Program-made: the position numbers and the translations under genes
In this document: piece after piece, positions 7,062 to 14,140 of the stretch
How the letters are laid out: the number at the start of each line of letters is the position of its first letter
Numbering within the stretch: position 1 is the stretch's first letter
The notes under the pieces: model-generated
What the model was told of the DNA's origin: nothing
What the model saw: only the letters and a program-made list of their open reading frames with translations
Databases searched by the model: none
DNA from: Candidatus Thorarchaeota archaeon
GTDB lineage: Archaea; Asgardarchaeota; Thorarchaeia; Thorarchaeales; Thorarchaeaceae
Assembly: GCA_048884785.1 (NCBI GenBank)
Contig: JBHLQM010000072.1
Location: 1-14,140 of the forward strand
Direction of reading: 5' to 3'
DNA: 14,140 nt

Positions 7062-7430
7062 CTATCGATTCTTATCCAAGTACATGCCAACGATTAATGC
7101 CGCACTGAAAATCAAGGCAAATGGAATCCAGGTTCCAATAGGACTGTAGAACATCGCATAGTCTTGAAGAATTATCGTTGCGGTTAGGAAGAAATCAAGT
7201 AGGATTACTGTGATTACAATTACTATGGCAGTTATGAGCGGGCTTGAATAGTTGAACTTCCTGTAGTAAATGTATGAGAACGCTGCAGAAACAAACGGCG
7301 CAGCAGCCGCATGAACTAGCAATGCTGTATCAACATCTAATGTTGCCATGCTCGCACCCATTACTGCGAAACATACAAGGTAAATTATGATCGCATGAAT
7401 GACCAAAATCAATGATTCCCTAAGTTCCAT
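7062..7430 (-). CDS. Hypothetical 4-TM membrane protein
   Basis: 122-aa ORF with four hydrophobic segments; no family recognised. Confidence 0.75.
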   Translation of the reverse strand: MELRESLILVIHAIIIYLVCFAVMGASMATLDVDTALLVHAAAAPFVSAAFSYIYYRKFNYSSPLITAIVIVITVILLDFFLTATIILQDYAMFYSPIGTWIPFALIFSAALIVGMYLDKNR

Positions 7431-7613
7431 CTCTCTTCACCCAAGGCGAAATTGTATAGCCATTTTACAAGATATAACTAAAACCGTTTTGGTTTTTTCA
7501 ATTTATCACATCCTAGAATGACTGGGGGCAAAAGCAACGAAACACTCGTTTTAAGAGCTGCATATGGAAACAGAATCTGTGCTGCTATTGGTGAACCCAT
7601 TTATTATAACAGG

Positions 7614-7839
7614 AATCTAAAATGGTCAACAGATTAATTGATTTTAATATAGGTATGTTTTTATTTAAATAAAATTAGTATAATATAGGAATAATATTAT
7701 ACAAATCAATTGTGTTTTATATCTATAAGTGTTTTAATATACCTATATCGCATAGAATAGATTATATGCGATATGAATAACGAGGCCGCATATAAAATTC
7801 CTGCATCCTGGTCTCTGATGTGTGAAAGGTGATGAACAC
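7614..7839 (+). promoter_or_regulatory. Promoter/regulatory module, copy 2, with a perfect 10-N10-10 inverted repeat
   Basis: AATCTAAAATGGTCAACA block (7614-7631); ATATCGCATA (7745-7754)/TATGCGATAT (7765-7774); CGCATATAAAA (7787-7797); SD AAGGTGATGAA. Confidence 0.7.
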
Positions 7840-8037
7840 ATGCTGATATTGGAGCTAGAAATAATAGAAGAAATGATAGTTTCTCTTTTTCTCATGTTTT
7901 TTGCAGTTGCAGTATCACTGATTCTAACCAAGCTTAAAAGCTACCTTTCTGAAAGGACCACAATTTCATCAAGAGATGTTATTAGACCAACATTGACTAG
8001 GAGCTACTATTTGCCAACGCTGCTGAGTAGCTGCTAA
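7840..8037 (+). CDS. Small single-TM protein (65 aa) upstream of antiporter 2; paralogue of 5129-5293
   Basis: MLILELEIIEEMIVSLFLMFFAVAVSLILTKLKSYLS...; the SD position and the paralogue indicate ATG 7840 rather than GTG 7822. Confidence 0.8.
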   Translation: MLILELEIIEEMIVSLFLMFFAVAVSLILTKLKSYLSERTTISSRDVIRPTLTRSYYLPTLLSSC

Positions 8038-8056
8038 CAGAAAAGGAGGGCTGTAT

Positions 8057-9316
8057 TTGGACAATATCCCCATTATTATCGGAATTGGACTAGTTATGGC
8101 CTTCCTGGCTTCTAAAATCTTCAAAAGAGTAGGCATTCCTCAAGTTGTTGGATTCATGGTAGCTGGAATACTGCTTCGAGTCTTTGGTATTGTGACCTAT
8201 GAAAATGTGAATACTCTAAGTGTAATATTCTCTCTGGCACTCGGTCTGATTGGGTATAACATAGGTCTTGAACTAAAAATGAGAATCCTTCGAGGGAGAA
8301 TACGAAGAATACTATTGATTGTGGTTCTTGAGGCAACCGTTGCCTTTTGGATTGTCACACTTCTAGTTCTCGCAATAACTCAACAAATGTACGTTGCCTT
8401 GATTCTTGGCTCAATTGCTAGTGCAACAGCTCCAGCAGCAACTGCTGATGTTGTTTGGGATCACGAATGTAAGGGGCCCGTGACGGAATCGTTGATGTTC
8501 ATTTTGGCGATGGATGATATCATTGCAGTCGTATTAACTAACGCTGCCGTGGCCTACGCACTTTTTGTACTATCACCTACAACCAACATGTTTTTGGCTG
8601 CATTGCTGAGTCCTATCATTCTAACCATTGGCTCAGTTGTAATTGGAGTGGTTTTTGGTATTGTATTTACGATGTTCACAATGAGAGAAGAGAGCAAGGC
8701 TGTAATTGTGGAGCTTGAGGTTGCGCTCATTATTCTCTTGGTTGGTGTCGTCGGTTTCTTTGGATTCAATGATATTCTTGCCGCCATCGCCTTCGGAGTG
8801 ATTGTAGGCAATAGCGTTCCGGAGAACAAACAACAGGGTCCCCATCTATTGGAAGTCATCATGGCCCCCATCGTAATGCTGTTTTTCGTATTGGCCGGAG
8901 CAAAAACAGATCTGTCATTATTTATGGGCGAACTAGGCGGGATTGTTGTACTTCTAACGATATTATATATCGGAGGAAGGACATTCGGAAAGATTCTTGG
9001 GGCGCGTGCGGGGGCATCTGTTACCGCATCCGAACCTACCGTTAGAAAATATCTTGGTATCTGTCTGCTTAGTCAGGCTGGCGTTGCCTTGGGTCTCAGC
9101 GTGCTGATTGAACACGAGTTTGCAATACTTGGCGGAGAAGCTGCTGTTTTTGGAACAATCATCCTGAGCGTAGTAGCTCTTTCAACAATTTTCCTTGAAA
9201 TTGTTGGCCCAATTGCCGCGAAGTGGGCTTTGACGCAAGCCGGTGAGGTTGGCAATGGCAATGGGCGGTGTGATGAATCTGCGATAAGCCAACCAGAAAC
9301 CATCGAGAGTTCTTAG
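8057..9316 (+). CDS. Cation:proton antiporter, CPA2 family
   Basis: GIPQVVGFMVAG, IGLEL, ASATAPAAT, LAMDDIIAV, LFFVLAGA, RTFGKILG, LLSQAGVALGL motifs; TTG start with AGGAGG SD. Confidence 0.93.
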   Translation: MDNIPIIIGIGLVMAFLASKIFKRVGIPQVVGFMVAGILLRVFGIVTYENVNTLSVIFSLALGLIGYNIGLELKMRILRGRIRRILLIVVLEATVAFWIVTLLVLAITQQMYVALILGSIASATAPAATADVVWDHECKGPVTESLMFILAMDDIIAVVLTNAAVAYALFVLSPTTNMFLAALLSPIILTIGSVVIGVVFGIVFTMFTMREESKAVIVELEVALIILLVGVVGFFGFNDILAAIAFGVIVGNSVPENKQQGPHLLEVIMAPIVMLFFVLAGAKTDLSLFMGELGGIVVLLTILYIGGRTFGKILGARAGASVTASEPTVRKYLGICLLSQAGVALGLSVLIEHEFAILGGEAAVFGTIILSVVALSTIFLEIVGPIAAKWALTQAGEVGNGNGRCDESAISQPETIESS

Positions 9317-9426
9317 TTGGACGGCTTTGACATTTCTTGAGGTGTGTGTGTTCCTTGGTAGAAGCATTTGGATTAGAGCCAATGGAAATATCAGGATGAA
9401 CAGTCAGATAGAAATCAGGGGATTTT

Positions 9427-10614
9427 ATGGAAAGCAAGAAGAAAGGTCTGCTTAAAGAGATACTAAGGGGAATTCAGTCTGGAGAAGACTTTGATACCCT
9501 CCAGAGCAATTTCGAGAAGACTATAGGGTATTCAAATCCTGTTGAATTGACACTCGTAGAAGACGAATTGAAGCAAGAAGGAGCGACCAATGAAAATCTC
9601 CAAACACTTCGTAATATCAATCTAGCAGTCTTTAGACACGCTATACAGAACATGAAACCCGTTGTAGAGAAGGGGCATCCAATTCATACCTTAATGACTG
9701 AGCACGCGCTCCTTATGGGGTATGCTAATGAGCTTTTCGCGATTACAGTGGCTTTATCGAAAGGCGAAGAGGAAACAATAGATGTGCATCTCGATCGCAT
9801 TCGGCAGTTGATTCAATTCTTTATTGAATCAGAGTCACATTATCAGCGTGAAGAAAATGCGCTCTTTCCTGTGATTGAAAAGCATGGTCTTACTGGACCT
9901 CCCTCAGCTATGTGGAGCGAGCATCAAGAGATACATGCCCTTGAAAAGAGTCTATTTGCTCTCGACTCGCAGAATAACGATGAGCTGAATAACCGCATCG
10001 GAAAAATAAGTCAGATTTCACAATCACTTGCGAACATGCTAGCAAGCCACTTCAACAAAGAGAACAGTGTCCTTTTTCCAGCCTCGCTCAGAATGCTAAC
10101 TGAAGATGAGTGGGATGTAGTTGCTCAGGATTTTGATGACATCGGATATTGTAGTTATTCAGTCAAGGCTACAATAAGCAAGGTAGTAGCTGTGATGGCC
10201 GATACCGTTGGTGATGAGGTAGTCTTTGGCAGTGGAAGCCTTTCAATGGAGTTGCTAGAGGCTATCTTTAATCATCTACCAATTGACATGACCTTTGTGG
10301 ATGACAAAGATCGTGTGAAGTTCTTCAGTGAATCTCCTGAACGAATTTTTGTGCGGTCCCGCGCCGTCATAGGAAGAAGTGTTCAACTATGCCATCCAAA
10401 AAAGAGCGTCCATGTTGTAGAGCAAATCTTGAAGGATTTTAGAGACAAGAAGAGGGATTCTGCTGAGTTTTGGATAAACCTTGGCAAGAGAAAGATACAC
10501 ATACGTTATTTTGCCGTAAGAAATAGCAGTGGAACATATCTCGGATGTTTAGAGGTTAGTCAAGACATTACAGATATCCAAAAAATCGAAGGCGAGAAGC
10601 GACTTCTTGAATAG
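9427..10614 (+). CDS. DUF438 / hemerythrin / PAS domain protein
   Basis: GHPIHTLMTEH, HYQREENALFP, MWSEH, HFNKENSVLFP hemerythrin motifs; C-terminal LPIDMTFVD...FFS...RIFVR...IGRSVQLCHP PAS domain. Confidence 0.92.
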   Translation: MESKKKGLLKEILRGIQSGEDFDTLQSNFEKTIGYSNPVELTLVEDELKQEGATNENLQTLRNINLAVFRHAIQNMKPVVEKGHPIHTLMTEHALLMGYANELFAITVALSKGEEETIDVHLDRIRQLIQFFIESESHYQREENALFPVIEKHGLTGPPSAMWSEHQEIHALEKSLFALDSQNNDELNNRIGKISQISQSLANMLASHFNKENSVLFPASLRMLTEDEWDVVAQDFDDIGYCSYSVKATISKVVAVMADTVGDEVVFGSGSLSMELLEAIFNHLPIDMTFVDDKDRVKFFSESPERIFVRSRAVIGRSVQLCHPKKSVHVVEQILKDFRDKKRDSAEFWINLGKRKIHIRYFAVRNSSGTYLGCLEVSQDITDIQKIEGEKRLLE

Positions 10615-10659
10615 GCTGTATCTCGACTGAAAGAGATTAGCCGGCAATTAGTCTGGAGA

Positions 10660-10941
10660 TCATGTATACAGTATTGGCGCAAGAAGATTGACCATTCTTT
10701 CCACATCATTTTTGGAAGGGAAATTCCTGAGAAGCAGTCGACCTGAGGGAAAGATGTTGATAACCTCTCCTTCATCTCCCTGTAGAAGTATAAGTGCAGG
10801 CACACCTACACGAACTCGCATTCTCGTAACAGCTACAATCTGATCCTTTAATGTCATCAGGTCCAATTTTAGGCTTCTTTTCGGCTTCGCCTCATAACCT
10901 GTCTTCTCAGAGCAAATCTTGAGATGATACGATTCAGCCAT
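10660..10941 (-). CDS. Small hypothetical protein resembling the C-terminal domain of ThiF/MoeB-family proteins
   Basis: KICSEK...LKLDL...INIFPSGRLLLRN pattern; begins 1 nt after the thiI stop. Confidence 0.6.
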   Translation of the reverse strand: MAESYHLKICSEKTGYEAKPKRSLKLDLMTLKDQIVAVTRMRVRVGVPALILLQGDEGEVINIFPSGRLLLRNFPSKNDVERMVNLLAPILYT

Positions 10942-10942
10942 T

Positions 10943-12124
10943 CTATCTCCCCTCCTTTAAACTGAATATTTCAGCATCTGATACAGCATATTTTACCCAG
11001 TCTTCTCCAATCTTGTCTTCAGCTATGGGAATCTCTCTAGTATCTGCTTTAATCGTGGGATATCTCGGGGGAAGGGAACAGCATGAGGCCGCCTCTTCGG
11101 CATACTGATATGTGCCTATCTCTCTCGCCTTCTGAATTATCTCGTCCTTATCATCTCCAATGCAGGGTCTGATAACTGGTATATCACATATGGCAGTATT
11201 CTCAGCATAGATATTCCTAGTTGTCTGAGATGCCTGCTCTCCAATTATCTCCCCTGTTACTATTGCATCTGCGTTTTCTCGGAAGGCAACCTCTTGAGCC
11301 AGTCTGTACATATTTCTTCTACAGAATATACAGGTCATTCTTCTAGGAGCATGTTCTAGCACCTGAATGAGATCTTCTCCATGAGGAACGATATACATCT
11401 TGACTTCTTCACCATAGATGTATTTTGAAAGTGTCCTTGCCTGTTTGATGGCAATCTCCTTGTTTGAATCATCCGAGAAGGGCGAATTATCGAAATAAAC
11501 GAAGATTGGCACACACCCTCTTCTTATGACCTTGAATGCTGCAACAGGAGAATCCAGACCACTAGAAATCATGCACACAACATGGCTCTCGTAGCCGGAT
11601 GGCAGGCCTCCAATCCCTCTAATCCGTCTATCGAATACATAGGCGAAATCTTTCGTTAGATGAATTATAATCCCGTATTGTTCACTGGTGTAAGGAGAAC
11701 TATGAATTGAGTTGATAGGCCTCCTCATTATTTGCATCTGTAGCTTTCTTTCTATATCTTCCATCAATTCTGAATCTGTGGCTGGGTCTGCGTGAAAGAT
11801 GGCTATCCGAGGTACTTGGTTGAACGAATCATTCATGAGAAGTGAAACTGATTCGGAGATCCTCTTGCTATCCTTTTCAACCTGAATTGCGTTTGACACT
11901 GATAGCACACCGAAAACCTGCGATGCGGTCAAAAGGATATCATCTGGTCCCATTCCCTTGATTATTATCACATCGCCATCCATTTTTACTTCTGAACAGT
12001 TTACTTTGTGTTCCTCTAGAGCAAGTTTCAAGTTTCTCTCAAGAAATTGCAATGCCTTTTGCCGACTTTCCCTGGTTTCTGGTAAATTTGGTTGCACAAG
12101 AACAACGTTTCTCTTCTCAGTCAA
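10943..12124 (-). CDS. thiI: tRNA 4-thiouridine synthase ThiI (archaeal, Cys-motif type)
   Basis: GIGGLPSG, PP-loop SSGLDSPVA, CIFCRRNM, IVTGEIIGEQASQT, RPCIGDDKDEII...IGTY, CC...PT motifs; TTG start with AGAGGAG SD. Confidence 0.92.
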   Translation of the reverse strand: MTEKRNVVLVQPNLPETRESRQKALQFLERNLKLALEEHKVNCSEVKMDGDVIIIKGMGPDDILLTASQVFGVLSVSNAIQVEKDSKRISESVSLLMNDSFNQVPRIAIFHADPATDSELMEDIERKLQMQIMRRPINSIHSSPYTSEQYGIIIHLTKDFAYVFDRRIRGIGGLPSGYESHVVCMISSGLDSPVAAFKVIRRGCVPIFVYFDNSPFSDDSNKEIAIKQARTLSKYIYGEEVKMYIVPHGEDLIQVLEHAPRRMTCIFCRRNMYRLAQEVAFRENADAIVTGEIIGEQASQTTRNIYAENTAICDIPVIRPCIGDDKDEIIQKAREIGTYQYAEEAASCCSLPPRYPTIKADTREIPIAEDKIGEDWVKYAVSDAEIFSLKEGR

Positions 12125-12279
12125 TGGGACTCCTCTCTGAGCATTGGACGAATATATTTCGAATTCTGACGAAAAGAGCCCTTGCAGTTTGCGCTTTTGA
12201 CTTTTCTATATGGCAAATGACTCTGGTTGAGTCATGGTTTTTTCACCAGAAATCATGGGGCCTTGGAATGAAGTAGAAT

Positions 12280-13608
12280 TTATTGATTACCTACAGTAAT
12301 CTGAGAGGTTCTATTCTGCTTCCTAACAGGATCATCGGCCATCAATAATGTCAAGCCTGCAAGAATCATGATTATTGCTCCAACAATAAATGGAAGAAGC
12401 CCGATAGGTCCGGTGGCAGAGCCATTTCCTGAAGTACTAGCTACTGATAGATCTGCCAAGAACCCCAGCAATAGAGGGCCCGCTATAAATCCAAAGTCGC
12501 TTATCATTCTGTAGAGCCCCATTGAAATCTCAAGCTTGTCCTGCGGAGACACATCTGTAATATATGCCGCAATTGGACCGGAGAGCCCCACCCCTGCACC
12601 ATAGGCAACCATGCAAATGGAGAGACTAAGCAAGTTTGTGGAAAAAGGAATCCACAGAGTCACTATTGCAGAAAATAGAAGAGCTGCAATCAGAGGATTT
12701 CTCCTGCCAATCCTGTCTGAGAGGCTCCCCATTGGTACCATGGTGGATGCAGTGGCCAATGCTGCGAATGTCAATAGTATGCCAATTATGTCAGCACTGA
12801 GTCCGAGGTTGTTGGCCGCGAAAAGTGGTACCAAGGTACTTCTCACACCGGTTCGTATGAAAAAGAGAGTGAAGGTTGCGATCGTTGCAAGAAAGAATGA
12901 CGGATACGTCAGCACACTCCATACATCACGAAGAACCGGTTTTCTATCCTCAAGAGTCGATGTGTGTCCAGAGTTCGGCATTTTTGGTAGAATCAGTGTT
13001 GGAATCACGCCAAATCCTGCAACAACTGCATAGGCGAAAAAAGGAGCTCGAATATCAAAGGCGGTTGCTAAAGCTCCTCCGAAAGTAGGGCCAAATATGC
13101 TCCCGAGGAGTAGCATTCCAGAATATACGCTCATGAGTTGACCCCTTTTCTTAGATCCTGTAATCTGTGCAAGAAATATAGTGGCGGTTGTGACATATAA
13201 TGCTGAACCGGCTCCTTCAATCATTCTTGCGATTATCAATAGAGGATATGTAGTTGCAAAGCCGGCGATGATTGATGATACAACAATTAGTAGTAGTCCA
13301 AGAATCATGATTGCTTTCTTGTCATACTTTCTACCGAGAAAACCAGCTGGAATATCAAGAACCATTCGAGTCACTGCAAAGGATGATATTACAAGTCCAA
13401 CCATCGCATACGATACCTGAAAACTCTCTGCGTATCCTGGTAGGATTGGAGCAACCATACTTAGCCCAAGCATGACGAGAAATGTGACCGAAGATAGATT
13501 TAGAACCGTTAGTAATTTTCCATTGTTTTTAAGACGAGCTCCAATGGATAGAGTCGATGGTTTCTTGTAACCCGTTTCCAAAATCGTAGCCTTCTCGTAT
13601 GCCGGCAT
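12280..13608 (-). CDS. MFS transporter (DHA1-like)
   Basis: 12 TM segments, ARMIEGAG, GSIFGPTFGG, GSLSDRIGRR motif A; exact start uncertain. Confidence 0.93.
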   Translation of the reverse strand: MPAYEKATILETGYKKPSTLSIGARLKNNGKLLTVLNLSSVTFLVMLGLSMVAPILPGYAESFQVSYAMVGLVISSFAVTRMVLDIPAGFLGRKYDKKAIMILGLLLIVVSSIIAGFATTYPLLIIARMIEGAGSALYVTTATIFLAQITGSKKRGQLMSVYSGMLLLGSIFGPTFGGALATAFDIRAPFFAYAVVAGFGVIPTLILPKMPNSGHTSTLEDRKPVLRDVWSVLTYPSFFLATIATFTLFFIRTGVRSTLVPLFAANNLGLSADIIGILLTFAALATASTMVPMGSLSDRIGRRNPLIAALLFSAIVTLWIPFSTNLLSLSICMVAYGAGVGLSGPIAAYITDVSPQDKLEISMGLYRMISDFGFIAGPLLLGFLADLSVASTSGNGSATGPIGLLPFIVGAIIMILAGLTLLMADDPVRKQNRTSQITVGNQ

Positions 13609-13712
13609 CCATTGAAGAAGGGGTTAAAATTCTTTGAGATGGATTCGAATTGGAATAATTGAACAGAGGGGAAGAATTAAGTCCATTCTAAAGTGTAATC
13701 CTGAGGATTGCG

Positions 13713-14140
13713 ATGGATACCTCAGCGATTTCAAAATTCGATAGAGTGAAGGATCTATTTAGTGGCAAGCGGGTGTTAGTCGCCTTCAGCGGTGGTGTAG
13801 ACAGTGCAGTTCTAGCCATTCTTGCCAAACAGAGTGCAAGAGAAGCACGTCTTCTTACAGTAGATAGCATTACTTTTCCCCGAAGAGAATTGGAAGCAGC
13901 CAAAAAGGTAGCAGAGGAACTAGACTTAGAACTCGAGATTATTGAAGTGGACGAACTTGCGAACAAAAATTTGGTGAGCAACCCTCCAGATCGGTGCTAT
14001 CATTGTAAGCAAGAACTTGCCAGAGTCTGGCTGACTAGGGCAAATCAGCTCTCATTTGACATGGTGGCTGATGGTACCAACGCAAGTGACATGGAAGGTC
14101 ACCGTCCTGGTGCTAAAGCTCTTGAGGAGGCAGGTGTTTT
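13713..14140 (+). CDS. larE: ATP-dependent sulfur transferase LarE family, 5' part (runs off the window; not in the ORF track)
   Basis: Manual translation from ATG 13713: RVLVAFSGGVDSAVLA...FPRRELEAAK...NPPDRCYHCK...DGTNASDMEGHRPG. Confidence 0.9.
   Translation, partial: MDTSAISKFDRVKDLFSGKRVLVAFSGGVDSAVLAILAKQSAREARLLTVDSITFPRRELEAAKKVAEELDLELEIIEVDELANKNLVSNPPDRCYHCKQELARVWLTRANQLSFDMVADGTNASDMEGHRPGAKALEEAGV

Noticed and set aside
1007-13420. Numerous short ORFs nested in or antisense to the long genes (e.g. 1007-1261, 4291-4578, 6711-6992, 8554-8871, 12611-13033)
   Set aside because: Shadow ORFs of well-supported genes with no independent coding evidence.
13688-13981. 97-aa minus-strand Ser-rich ORF
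   Set aside because: Antisense shadow of larE on the plus strand.

Overview
Archaeal genomic window, most likely an Asgard archaeon such as Thorarchaeia (inferred from the 16S 3' end, the unlinked 16S, NosD-type beta-helix surface protein and archaeal ThiI). It opens with the last 73 nt of a 16S rRNA gene. No tRNA-Ala or 23S follows. Instead there is a ~4.8-kb accessory array in which six complete or partial homologues of the structured 16S 3' trailer alternate one-for-one with five cargo units: T1 81-223, T2 807-955, T3 2100-2169, T4 2449-2503, T5 4057-4273, T6 4832-4906. The cargo units are an RHH/RelE toxin-antitoxin pair, a wHTH hypothetical protein, a small Zn-finger protein, a beta-helix surface protein and DUF3788. 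No integrase is visible. This cassette-like array built on the rRNA trailer is the most unusual element. Downstream, two divergent CPA2 cation:proton antiporters are each preceded by a paralogous promoter plus small single-TM leader ORF module (the first ORF is missing from the ORF track). They are followed by a small wHTH and a DUF438/hemerythrin/PAS gene respectively. The window ends with a small gene, thiI, an MFS transporter and a partial larE.
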